This document shows positions 7,498 through 15,736 of a stretch of DNA of 24,000 bases, piece by piece. A program made the position numbers and the translations under genes. The notes below the pieces were generated by a model. That model was not told the DNA's origin. It saw only the letters and a program-made list of their open reading frames with translations, and did no database searches. Every line of letters starts with the position of its first letter. Position 1 is the first letter of the stretch. This DNA comes from an uncultured Gammaproteobacteria bacterium. GTDB taxonomy: Bacteria > Pseudomonadota > Gammaproteobacteria > DSM-19610. The DNA lies in NCBI GenBank assembly GCA_963814945.1, contig CAWFEQ010000018.1, positions 151,973 through 175,972 of the forward strand. Direction: 5' to 3'.

Positions 7498-8658
7498 GTG
7501 TGGCTGGTGCTGGTGTGCCTGGGCAGCGGCTTGCTGGCGACGGCCGGTCATTGCGGCCAAGACACGGAAACAACGGCGGCTGAACTGGAGCGACTCCGGC
7601 AAAGGATTGATGCATTGCAATCCGAGTTGCAGTCCAACCAACAGAAGAAGACCCGCGCCGAACGTCAGCTTCAGGATGCTGAACAGCTTATCAGCGCCGC
7701 ACATCGCGCCTTGCGCAAGACGGACCTCGAACTCAACGCGCTCGGCCAGCAGCTGGCGGCGCTTAAAGCAGACCAGCAAACCACGACTGCCACCCTGCAT
7801 CGCCAGTCTTCGGAACTGGCGCGCGAAGCGCGAACCGCTTATGCAATGGGGCGCCAGCAGCAGATCAAGTTGCTGCTGAACCAGGAGCAGCCGGCTGCGG
7901 TTGGCCGCATGCTGGTCTATTTCGCTTATTTTTCCCGCGCCCGCCAGGCGAAGATAGCAGCCATACACAGCAGCCTGCAGCATCTTGAGACAGTCAAGAA
8001 AGACATTCAAACCAAAAGCCAGTCACTTACAGACGTGCAGGAAGAGCAGCGCCAGCAGGCCGCGCGGCTGGAGGTCCAGCGTCAGAAACGCGAACAGGTG
8101 CTGGCGCAGTTAACCACACAGCTTCATAGCCAGGGTGGTGAACTGAAGCGGTTGCAGCATGATGAAAAACAGTTACAAGCGCTGGTGCAGTCACTGCAGG
8201 AGCTGCTGTCGGATATCCCTGCCGAGGCCAGCCAGCAGAAGCCTTTCAAAGCCCGAAAAGGCCAGCTGCGCTGGCCGGCGCACGGCCAGCTGGTCAAACG
8301 TTTCGGCAGCCTGCGCGGCAGGAGTGGGCTGAAATGGCAGGGTGTGCTCATCAAGGCGCCGGAAGGGGGGCAGGTGCGCGCCGTGTCACAGGGCAGAGTC
8401 GCTTTTGCCGACTGGATGCGCGGCTTCGGATTGCTGCTGATTATTGATCACGGCGATGGTTACATGAGCCTGTACGGTCAGAACGAGGCACTCTATAAGG
8501 AAGTCGGGGAATGGGTCGATAGCGGAGAGGTGGTGGCAACATTAGGCGCCAGCGGCGGTCAAACAGATGCGGGTCTGTATTTCGAGATCAGACACAACGG
8601 TCACCCGGTAAACCCCCTGAGCTGGTGCGCCGGAAAGCCCGCCGCGGTGTCCGGATAG
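7498..8658 (+). CDS. envC: murein hydrolase activator EnvC (coiled-coil plus degenerate M23/LytM domain)
   Basis: GTG start, signal-like N-terminus LVLVCLGSGLLATA, a long Q/L/E-rich coiled coil, and a C-terminal LytM domain (LLIIDHGDGYMSLYGQNE, YFEIRHNGHPVNP). The exact start is uncertain. Confidence 0.85.
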   Translation: MWLVLVCLGSGLLATAGHCGQDTETTAAELERLRQRIDALQSELQSNQQKKTRAERQLQDAEQLISAAHRALRKTDLELNALGQQLAALKADQQTTTATLHRQSSELAREARTAYAMGRQQQIKLLLNQEQPAAVGRMLVYFAYFSRARQAKIAAIHSSLQHLETVKKDIQTKSQSLTDVQEEQRQQAARLEVQRQKREQVLAQLTTQLHSQGGELKRLQHDEKQLQALVQSLQELLSDIPAEASQQKPFKARKGQLRWPAHGQLVKRFGSLRGRSGLKWQGVLIKAPEGGQVRAVSQGRVAFADWMRGFGLLLIIDHGDGYMSLYGQNEALYKEVGEWVDSGEVVATLGASGGQTDAGLYFEIRHNGHPVNPLSWCAGKPAAVSG

Positions 8659-8776
8659 GCGCTTTCTGCCATCTTGCCCCCGGCTATGGTATGGTCAGCA
8701 TTATTTTGCTCGCCAGCTCGCTGTAAGGCGTTCATTATTTTAAAATAAGCCAGCCGGTTCGGCTGTCCATCGGGCA

Positions 8777-10111
8777 TTGCAGATGAATATTCAGAGACAA
8801 AATATTGTGTTGGTTCTGGTCGGCTTGCTGGCTGGGCTGTCGATATCGATTGGAAACGGTGTATTCGCCGAGCGCGAGGCCGGCGGTCCCACGACAGGTT
8901 TGCCGGTTGAGGAGCTGCGCACGTTCAGCGACGTTTTTGGGCGTATCAAGAACGACTATGTCGAGGATGTGGCGGACAGCGCCCTGCTGGAAAACGCCAT
9001 CCGCGGCATGTTGTCTGGTCTGGATCCGCACTCCGCCTATCTCGACCAGGAGGAGTTCAAGGAGTTACAGGTCGGTACATCGGGTGAATTTGGCGGCCTG
9101 GGTATCGAAGTCGGTATGGAAGATGGGTTCGTCAAGGTCATTGCACCGATCGATGATACACCGGCCCAACGGGCCGGGATCCAGGCCGGCGACCTCATCA
9201 TCCGTCTCGATGACACGCCGGTGAAGGGTCTTACACTCAATGAGGCGGTCAAGCTCATGCGTGGCAAGCCGGGTACCGTGCTCAAGTTAACGGTCGTTCG
9301 TGAAGGCATGGAACAGCCGCTGAAGGTTGATATCAAACGCGATGTCATCACGGTAAAGAGCGTCAAACAGCGCATGCTCGAGAAGGGCTTCGGGTATGTG
9401 CGCATTTCCCAATTCCAATCCAAGACGGCAGAGAACATGGTGGACGCCATCGACTCGCTGAAGAAGGAGGCAGGCGGATCGTTGAAAGGCCTGGTGCTGG
9501 ATCTGCGCAACAATCCTGGCGGCGTTCTCAATGGTGCCGTTGCCGTTTCCGATGCGTTTCTGAAGAAGGGTCTGATCGTTTATACCGAAGGCCGGGTCAA
9601 CGATTCCAAGTTGCGTTTCAACGCCACCCCGGATGACATCCTCGACGACGCGCCCATGGTGGTGCTGGTTAACCAGGGGTCGGCGTCTGCATCGGAAATC
9701 GTGTCCGGCGCGCTGCAGGACCACAAACGTGCCATCATTGTCGGTTCCAGGACCTTCGGCAAGGGTTCGGTGCAGACGATTCTGCCGCTGAGCAATGGCA
9801 CAGCCGTGAAGCTTACGACGGCGCGTTACTACACGCCGTCCGGCCGCTCCATCCAGGCCGAAGGAATCGAGCCGGATATCGCCCTCGACCCGGTGCGGGT
9901 ATCGGCCGTGGAAAGTTCTTTCGAGCCGATAAAGGAGTCGGATCTGTCCGGGCACCTGATGAATGGCAACGGCAAGAAGCCGGGCAAAAAAGACGGCGAA
10001 AAAACCCGGGACAAGGAAGAAGAAAAATCGCTCGCGCAAACCGACTATCAGCTCTACGAGGCGCTCAACCTTCTCAAAGGGCTGGCGATCCAGAGGGAGC
10101 AGATGCAATGA
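8777..10111 (+). CDS. ctpA: carboxy-terminal processing protease (S41 family, PDZ domain)
   Basis: 444 aa. N-terminal hydrophobic anchor, PDZ region (GGLGIEVGMEDGFVKVIAPIDDTPAQRAGIQAGDLI), S41 catalytic Ser context GSASASEI and Lys context RTFGKGSVQ. Confidence 0.9.
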   Translation: MQMNIQRQNIVLVLVGLLAGLSISIGNGVFAEREAGGPTTGLPVEELRTFSDVFGRIKNDYVEDVADSALLENAIRGMLSGLDPHSAYLDQEEFKELQVGTSGEFGGLGIEVGMEDGFVKVIAPIDDTPAQRAGIQAGDLIIRLDDTPVKGLTLNEAVKLMRGKPGTVLKLTVVREGMEQPLKVDIKRDVITVKSVKQRMLEKGFGYVRISQFQSKTAENMVDAIDSLKKEAGGSLKGLVLDLRNNPGGVLNGAVAVSDAFLKKGLIVYTEGRVNDSKLRFNATPDDILDDAPMVVLVNQGSASASEIVSGALQDHKRAIIVGSRTFGKGSVQTILPLSNGTAVKLTTARYYTPSGRSIQAEGIEPDIALDPVRVSAVESSFEPIKESDLSGHLMNGNGKKPGKKDGEKTRDKEEEKSLAQTDYQLYEALNLLKGLAIQREQMQ

Positions 10112-10923
10112 CGCAAAGAACCGGCCTGCTATGGCCGGTTCTTTGGTTCTGCGCGGGCATGCTGGCGCAGGCGGCGGCAACTGCGGCGCAGCCGTCGCTA
10201 CCGGTCATCAGTATCATCATTGATGATATGGGCAAGACGCTGGAGGATGGCCGGCGCGCCCTCAGGCTGCCTGGCCCAGTTGCCTGTGCTTTTCTACCCA
10301 GGGCGCCGCATACCAGTGAACTGGCGATCGCTGCCAATGACGCGGGTAAGGAAATTATGCTGCACCTGCCCATGGACAGTGTGGACGGCCGCCGGCTGGA
10401 CGCCGGTGCAGTTACCCTTGACATGACGCGCGGCGAGTTCAGTGACGTGATCGAAGCGGATCTCGCTGCCGTTCCGCACGTCCAGGGCATCAATAATCAC
10501 ATGGGCAGCTTGCTGACCCGTCACCCCGGGCATATGCTTTGGCTGATGCAGGAGTTGCGGCAGCATGCACCGATGTTTTTCGTAGACAGCCGCACCACCG
10601 TTGCGACAGTCGCCCGCCAGGTGGCCTACGAGAACGGCATACCAAGTACGGACCGCAATGTGTTTCTCGATAACCAGCTCGATGCGGGCGAAATTGAATA
10701 CCAGTTTGACCGTCTGTTGCGGCTGGCGCGGAAGTATGGCAGCGCGGTGGCGATCGGGCATCCTCATCCGCAAACGCTGGCGTTGCTCGAAAAGCGCCTG
10801 CCGCGCCTGAAGGGCCAGGGTGTACGCCTGTTGCCCGTCGCTGAACTGATTCACTTACAGCAGGAGGATGAGCACACATGGCAAGCGTCCTGGTCCCCCT
10901 CGCACAAGGCTGCGAAGAACTAG
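10108..10923 (+). CDS. yibQ: divergent polysaccharide deacetylase family protein YibQ
   Basis: 271 aa with a signal peptide, ISIIIDDMG and INNHMGS motifs. The ATG overlaps the ctpA stop (ATGA). The 3' end overlaps the next gene by 46 nt. Confidence 0.85.
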   Translation: MTQRTGLLWPVLWFCAGMLAQAAATAAQPSLPVISIIIDDMGKTLEDGRRALRLPGPVACAFLPRAPHTSELAIAANDAGKEIMLHLPMDSVDGRRLDAGAVTLDMTRGEFSDVIEADLAAVPHVQGINNHMGSLLTRHPGHMLWLMQELRQHAPMFFVDSRTTVATVARQVAYENGIPSTDRNVFLDNQLDAGEIEYQFDRLLRLARKYGSAVAIGHPHPQTLALLEKRLPRLKGQGVRLLPVAELIHLQQEDEHTWQASWSPSHKAAKN

Positions 10924-11429
10924 AAGCCGTCACCGTCATTGACCTGTTGCGACGCGCCGGAATCGGCGTTGTTACCGCCGGTCTGGACGATCAACCGGTG
11001 CGCGCGTCGCGGGGTACTGTGCTAGTGCCGGACGTCACCCTGGATGAAGCCGTCCGGCAGAAATATGACATGATCGTGTTGCCCGGCGGCCAGCCCGGTG
11101 CCGATCACCTCAATGCCGACCCGCGTATCCGCGGTATCCTCAAGGAAATGGCGGAAACTGGCCGTTTTACGGCGGCCATCTGCGCGGCGCCCAAGGTGCT
11201 GGCCAGTAGCGGCCTGTTGCAGGGCAGGCGCGCCACCAGTTTTCCGGGGGTCCTGGAGGCGTTCGATGCTATCACCGACAGCGACGACGCCGTGGTGCAG
11301 GACGGCAAGATAATCACTTCACGCGGACCGGGCACGGCGATGGACTTCGCCCTCGTTCTCATCGAAAATCTGGTCGGCAAGGAAAAACGTGACGAAGTCG
11401 AGGCGGCGTTACACAGACCCCACCACTGA
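10878..11429 (+). CDS. yajL: DJ-1/PfpI family protein (YajL/ThiJ-like)
   Basis: 183 aa: MASVLVPLAQGCEELEAVTVIDLLRRAG, nucleophile-elbow AAICAAP, and ITSRGPGTAMDFAL. GGAGG lies 10 nt upstream of the ATG. Confidence 0.85.
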   Translation: MASVLVPLAQGCEELEAVTVIDLLRRAGIGVVTAGLDDQPVRASRGTVLVPDVTLDEAVRQKYDMIVLPGGQPGADHLNADPRIRGILKEMAETGRFTAAICAAPKVLASSGLLQGRRATSFPGVLEAFDAITDSDDAVVQDGKIITSRGPGTAMDFALVLIENLVGKEKRDEVEAALHRPHH

Positions 11430-11451
11430 AGCGGCATTAGGCTGATAAAGC

Positions 11452-11749
11452 TTGCCGCCGATCCGAGCGACCTGCATACCCTGGTCAGCTTTGTCGCCAC
11501 GGAACGTGTTTGCAGCTATCGGACTACTGGAAGAGCCTGTTGCGGCAATCGTTGGCGCCGTGGTCATCGCAGCATTGCTCGGGCCAAATCTCGCCTTGGT
11601 GTTTTCCGCTACGCTGGGTGACCATGGCGGTCTTCCAGTTGCAGGCTGTCAGGACGCGGACCTGGATCGAAAAATGTCTGGCCCAGAAATCGGCGACCTG
11701 GATGGGCCTGTTCTGGGCGATAACCCTGGCAACGTATCTGCGTGACTGA
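11452..11749 (+). pseudogene. probable remnant of a DUF389-type membrane protein gene (truncated, possibly frameshifted)
   Basis: The frame opens right after a TAA and offers only a TTG start. The translated segment NVFAAIGLLEEPVAAIVGAVVIAALLGPNLALVFSATLGD resembles, from memory, the conserved DUF389 core (xIGAMxIAPLxGP...LGD). A second overlapping frame (11510..11749) continues with membrane-like sequence. Only about 100 codons remain, whereas I recall this family being several hundred residues long. Confidence 0.3.
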
Positions 11750-11839
11750 TTAACCTGACTGGATGGGTGCACAGACGTTGGCTCAGCGTGTCGTTGTCGA
11801 AATAATTGACGCCGTTCTGGCTTCTTAGTCATTAAACTG

Positions 11840-11856
11840 AATAACTATAAGTTATT
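11840..11856. repeat. perfect 7-3-7 palindrome AATAACT-ATA-AGTTATT in the AT-rich spacer (possible operator)
   Basis: Read directly. AATAACT (11840-11846) is the reverse complement of AGTTATT (11850-11856). It lies in a stretch where 11821-11880 has only 17 G+C in 60 nt. Confidence 0.5.
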
Positions 11857-11994
11857 AATAAGGCGTATAAATAAGCGGTCTCTTATGCGGTCAGCCAGTC
11901 GGAAATTCTTACGGCAACGCAACGTACCACCATGATGGGGCAGTAACTGATTGTTCCCTATGAATAATCAGGATCGGCACGCTTGTTGCTCTGC

Positions 11995-12156
11995 ATGGAG
12001 TCCACCAGTGCCATTAGATACTGCATGAACGATGGTTCGAAGGGCTGGACTGAATCAACGAAAGCGGTGTTGGAGGAGATGACTAGAATAACGTGCCGGG
12101 TACTGAGGGGATGTACGGCGCGCACCAGCAACGACAAGGCTCGCGGAATCAAATAA
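11995..12156 (+). CDS. orphan 53-codon ORF (hypothetical small Cys-containing protein); coding status unproven
   Basis: My translation: MESTSAIRYCMNDGSKGWTESTKAVLEEMTRITCRVLRGCTARTSNDKARGIK, with an ATG start and a TAA stop. About 68% of third codon positions are G/C, in a locally AT-richer region. A strong terminator lies 19 nt downstream. There is no obvious Shine-Dalgarno sequence. A 64-aa TTG-initiated antisense ORF (11958..12152) shares the same wobble positions, so the true strand is ambiguous. Confidence 0.25.
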   Translation: MESTSAIRYCMNDGSKGWTESTKAVLEEMTRITCRVLRGCTARTSNDKARGIK

Positions 12157-12174
12157 CACGAACGAGTCCGGTTT

Positions 12175-12200
12175 AACCCGCCAGATGGCGGGTTTTTATT
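12175..12200 (+). terminator. rho-independent terminator (stem AACCCGCC / GGCGGGTT, loop AGAT, then TTTTTATT)
   Basis: An 8-bp perfect GC-rich stem (12175-12182 / 12187-12194) is followed by a T-run on the plus strand. On the minus strand it also lies 25-50 nt downstream of the ubiB stop, preceded by an A-run, so it may act in both directions. Confidence 0.65.
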
Positions 12201-12224
12201 GTCGGTGGTGGTTGAACGGAGGTT

Positions 12225-13877
12225 TCATTCGCTGTTGTCCCAGGCAAAGACCAGCAGCACCATCGCCATGGCACCAAGTATCCAGGTCAGCAGGGGGGCG
12301 CCGCCCACGCTCAGGGGAGCGTACCCGTCGAGCCCGTAGATCAGTGAGGCGCTGATCAGCAGGGCACCGCCGGTAATCGCTGCCAGGTTACGGCGGCTGG
12401 CACGGCGCATCTGTCGCCGCAGTTTCTCTAATTCCCGTGACTCCCATCGCAGGCGTAATTTGCCAGCCGTCGCTTGCTGCAGGGTGCGGTGCAGCAGCGC
12501 GGGGATTTCCGGCAGTCGCTCGCTCCATTCCGGCAAACTGTGACGCAGCCGGCCAGCGAAGGCGCGCGCGCCAACCTGTTCGCTCATCCAGCGTTCGAGA
12601 AACGGCTTGGCGGTCTGCCACAGATCAAGATCGGGGTAGAGCTGCCGGCCGAGACCTTCGATGTTCAGTAGCGTCTTTTGCAGCAGGACCAGTTGCGGCT
12701 GGATTTCCATATCGAACCGCCGCGCTGTCTGGAACAGCCGTAACAGCAGGTGGCCGAAAGAGATCTCTTTAAGCGGCCGTTCAAAGATAGGCTCACACAC
12801 AGAACGGATTGCCGCCTCGAACTCATCGACACGCGTAGCCACCGGTACCCACTCGGACTCAACGTGCAGTTCGGCCACACGACGGTAATCGCGGCGGAAG
12901 AAAGCGAGGAAATTTTCCGCCAGGTAGCGCTGGTCCTGTGGGCTGAGCGTGCCCATGATGCCGAAGTCGACGGCCATGTACTGGCCGTCCGGGGAAACAA
13001 ATATATTGCCCGGGTGCATGTCGGCGTGAAAGAAATTGTGGCGGAACACCTGAGTGAAGAAGATTTCGACCCCCCGCTCCGACAATTCCTTCAGGTCCAC
13101 ACCAGCCTTGCGCAGCGCGGCCAGGTCGTTGACCGGGATGCCGTAGATGCGTTCCATGGTCATGACATTGCGCCGGCAGTAAGGCCAGTAGACTTCGGGG
13201 ACGTACAGCACGGCCGATTCGCTGAAGTTGCGCCGCAGCTGCGAGGCATTAGCGGCCTCGCGCAACAGGTCGAGTTCGTCGTAGAGGATTTTTTCGAATT
13301 CGGCGATTACCTCGCGGGGCCGCAGCCGTGGGCCCTCGCTCCAGTAGCGCTCCGCCAGCCCGGCCACGGTGTGTAGCAGGCTGACATCGCGGCGGATGAC
13401 AGTTTCAATCCCCGGGCGCAAAACCTTGACCACCACGTCCTCCCCGCTGTTAAGAGTGGCGGCGTGAACCTGGGCCACGGAAGCGGACGCCAGCGGCTGC
13501 GGGTCAAAGGCGGCGAAAATCTTCTCCAGTGGCCGCTGGAAACTCCGTTCCACCAGCACGCAAGCCAGTTTGCCATCGAAGGGGGCAACGCGATCCTGCA
13601 GCAGGGCCAGTTCCGCGGCGATGTCATCCGGCAGCAGGTCCTGGCGGGTAGAAAGGATCTGGCCAAACTTGACGAATATCGGTCCCAGGTCCTCGAGTGC
13701 TTTACGAATGCGCACAGCGCGCGGCGTCTTGCGCACAATTCTGTGCCAGGGCGCCAGGTAGCCTAGAAAGCGCACCGGTCGGAACAGGTGGGTGGCCAGC
13801 ACCACTTCGTCCAGCCCATTGCGCACCAGCACCCAGTTGATATGCATCAGCCGGACCAGCTGTGCGGGACGCATCAT
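12225..13877 (-). CDS. ubiB: ubiquinone biosynthesis regulatory protein kinase UbiB (ABC1/ADCK family)
   Basis: Counted from the ATG-ATG at complement 13872..13877, this gives 550 aa: [17 protein letters not shown]..., [37 protein letters not shown], and two C-terminal transmembrane helices. In the sequence as given, the ORF continues upstream without a stop to 14492. Confidence 0.9.
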   Translation of the reverse strand: MMRPAQLVRLMHINWVLVRNGLDEVVLATHLFRPVRFLGYLAPWHRIVRKTPRAVRIRKALEDLGPIFVKFGQILSTRQDLLPDDIAAELALLQDRVAPFDGKLACVLVERSFQRPLEKIFAAFDPQPLASASVAQVHAATLNSGEDVVVKVLRPGIETVIRRDVSLLHTVAGLAERYWSEGPRLRPREVIAEFEKILYDELDLLREAANASQLRRNFSESAVLYVPEVYWPYCRRNVMTMERIYGIPVNDLAALRKAGVDLKELSERGVEIFFTQVFRHNFFHADMHPGNIFVSPDGQYMAVDFGIMGTLSPQDQRYLAENFLAFFRRDYRRVAELHVESEWVPVATRVDEFEAAIRSVCEPIFERPLKEISFGHLLLRLFQTARRFDMEIQPQLVLLQKTLLNIEGLGRQLYPDLDLWQTAKPFLERWMSEQVGARAFAGRLRHSLPEWSERLPEIPALLHRTLQQATAGKLRLRWESRELEKLRRQMRRASRRNLAAITGGALLISASLIYGLDGYAPLSVGGAPLLTWILGAMAMVLLVFAWDNSE

Positions 13878-14492
13878 GATGCCTTGTCCGCCGCGCGTAA
13901 AAGGCGTTCGACGCGAGCCTCCATACGGCTGACAGCGTCGCGCATGCGATCGAACGTCGCCGAAGAAATACTCTACCTCGATGCGCGTCGGTAACAGCCG
14001 GGCTTCCTCCTGCAGGTATTCACTACAGTCCTGGACCAGTGTTGTCCGGCTGTCATCGAGAAATCGCCTCGCCTGTCTGACCAGTGTGCCCGCCTGGTGC
14101 GCGATCACGTCTCCGCTAATGCGTGACAGGTGTTCTTCCCAGTCCCAGTCTGCCCCCGCCAGCAGCTCCTGGAACTGCTGGCCGATATCGGTATCGCCCT
14201 CGATCCTGACCGCGCCCTGAAACAACGCATCTTCGCGTCGGCCCAGCACCAGGCGCGCAAAGCCCAGCGGGGACCCGCTCAGATGGGTGTCGATGTCGCC
14301 TTCATAATGGCCCAGGACCTGCACACCATCTGCCGCGGGGAGAAAATAAAGCGTCAGGTTGGTACCGGTGACGCTCAGTGCAATGACCTTTCCCTGCAAC
14401 GCCGCAGTGCGCTGCACTACGTTGGGAACCTGCTTCAGGTAGACATTGAGGGCGCTCTCCAGGGCGGCGGCGAGTGTCGGGAGGGAAGTCAC
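13874..14492 (-). pseudogene. ubiJ: ubiJ (SCP2-domain ubiquinone biosynthesis accessory factor) with a frame disruption near 13950-13972; as sequenced it is fused in frame to ubiB
   Basis: The first ~178 codons ([21 protein letters not shown]...[39 protein letters not shown]...[12 protein letters not shown]) are UbiJ/YigP-like. The expected C-terminal helix [27 protein letters not shown]-stop is intact only in the +1 frame. Its TGA (13874-13876) overlaps the ubiB ATG. Confidence 0.6.
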
Positions 14493-14522
14493 GCTGTATC
14501 CTGGGCGCCGGGCCTGCCCCTG

Positions 14523-15269
14523 TCAGTAGCGAAAACCGCGGTGTAGGGCAACAATGCCACCGCTCAGGTTGTTGTAGTCGCAGTCCTCGAATCCTGCTTG
14601 CTGCATCATGGTCTTGAGTCTTTCCTGGTCGGGATGCATGCGGATCGATTCAGCGAGGTAGCGGTAGCTGCCTTCATCCTTGGCAATCAGGCGGCCCAAC
14701 AAGGGCAGTATCCTGAACGAGTAGAAGTCATAGGCCTGCCGCAGCCCGGGTAACACTGGCGTGGAAAACTCCAGTACCAATATTCGTCCGCCCGGCTTGA
14801 GCGCCTGATACATGGACTGCAGGGCTTTCAACTTGTCCGTCACATTACGTAAACCGAAAGCGATGCTGATGCAGTCAAAACTGTTCGGCGGGAATGGCAG
14901 GTTTTCCGCGTTGGCCTGCACAAACGTTACATTGCCGCTGATGCCGTGGTCGAGCAGGCGTGCGCGTCCAACATTCAGCATGGACGCGTTGATATCGCCG
15001 ACAACAACCGCACCGTGCGGACCGACCAGCCGTGACAGGCGTGCCGCCAGATCGCCGGTACCACCGGCGAGGTCGAGGATCCGCTGGCCCGGGCGCGCGC
15101 CAGACTGTTCGACTGCAAAGCGTTTCCATAACCGGTGTATGCCGAACGACATGACGTCGTTCATCAGGTCGTAATTGTCCGCGACCGAATCGAACACGCC
15201 GGCGACACGCCGCTGCTTCTCGTCCCAGTCGACTTGCTGATAGCCGAAATCGGTGGTCTTTTCTGCCAT
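14523..15269 (-). CDS. ubiE: bifunctional demethylmenaquinone / 2-methoxy-6-polyprenyl-1,4-benzoquinol methyltransferase
   Basis: 248 aa with [24 protein letters not shown] motif [12 protein letters not shown] and FGLRNVTDK. It sits upstream of ubiJ-ubiB in the canonical order. Confidence 0.95.
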   Translation of the reverse strand: MAEKTTDFGYQQVDWDEKQRRVAGVFDSVADNYDLMNDVMSFGIHRLWKRFAVEQSGARPGQRILDLAGGTGDLAARLSRLVGPHGAVVVGDINASMLNVGRARLLDHGISGNVTFVQANAENLPFPPNSFDCISIAFGLRNVTDKLKALQSMYQALKPGGRILVLEFSTPVLPGLRQAYDFYSFRILPLLGRLIAKDEGSYRYLAESIRMHPDQERLKTMMQQAGFEDCDYNNLSGGIVALHRGFRY

Positions 15270-15337
15270 ATCTACAGGATATCCCAGCGCGTGGTTTCGA
15301 CAAAAGGCTGGTGCAGTGGCGTGCGTCGGGACTGCAT

Positions 15338-15718
15338 CTAGGCCTTGGCTCCGAGTGCCGAATGCGGCGCACCCGCCGCTTTGAGCCGCTCGAGATAGGT
15401 CTGCCAGTTCTTCTCCTTGTTGACACCCAGCGTGTAGAGGGTTTCCCAGGAATAAATACCGGTATTATGTTCGTCGTCGAAGTAAATCTGGATGGCGTAG
15501 TGGCCTACCGGTTCGATACGTTCGATACTGACGCCTTCCTTGCCGACCTGCAGCACACCCTCTCCGGGGCCATGGCCCTGCACTTCAGCAGAAGGCGAGT
15601 GTACGCGCAGATATTCGCAGCTCATTGCGAAGCGGGCACCGTCGTCAAAGGCAATCTCAAGTACTTTGGATTTCTGGTGCAGGTTGATTTCGGTGGGGTG
15701 CGGGTGTTGCTTTGCCAT
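15338..15718 (-). CDS. DUF971 family protein (gamma-butyrobetaine hydroxylase-like N-terminal domain)
   Basis: 126 aa. [31 protein letters not shown]...[28 protein letters not shown] is characteristic of DUF971. The gene lies between hslU and ubiE, where a gene of this family is often found in gammaproteobacteria. Confidence 0.85.
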   Translation of the reverse strand: MAKQHPHPTEINLHQKSKVLEIAFDDGARFAMSCEYLRVHSPSAEVQGHGPGEGVLQVGKEGVSIERIEPVGHYAIQIYFDDEHNTGIYSWETLYTLGVNKEKNWQTYLERLKAAGAPHSALGAKA

Positions 15719-15736
15719 AGCGAGCCTCGTGAAATC

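Noticed and set aside
6131-7615. 494-aa ORF on the minus strand
   Set aside because: It is antisense to gpmI, a full-length and motif-perfect phosphoglycerate mutase. The translation is low-complexity and Arg/Gly/Pro-rich. I treat it as a shadow ORF.
7069-8010. 313-aa minus-strand ORF overlapping the gpmI 3' end and envC
   Set aside because: It is antisense to two well-supported genes and spans their intergenic gap. It has no domain signature. I treat it as a shadow ORF.
9287-10180. 297-aa minus-strand ORF
   Set aside because: It is antisense to ctpA and the yibQ start. The composition is typical of a shadow ORF.
10878-10923. 46-nt overlap between yibQ and yajL, considered as a possible recoding or fusion site
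   Set aside because: The yajL start has a good GGAGG and a canonical N-terminus. The yibQ tail (QQEDEHTWQASWSPSHKAAKN) looks like non-conserved read-on sequence. A simple overlap or a slightly shorter yibQ is the parsimonious reading.
12035-12060. GGTTCGAAGGG resembles a tRNA T-loop (GGTTCGAATCC)
   Set aside because: The flanking bases cannot form a T-stem (GATGG versus GGCTG). There is no acceptor stem or anticodon arm. It is not a tRNA or a recognisable tRNA fragment.
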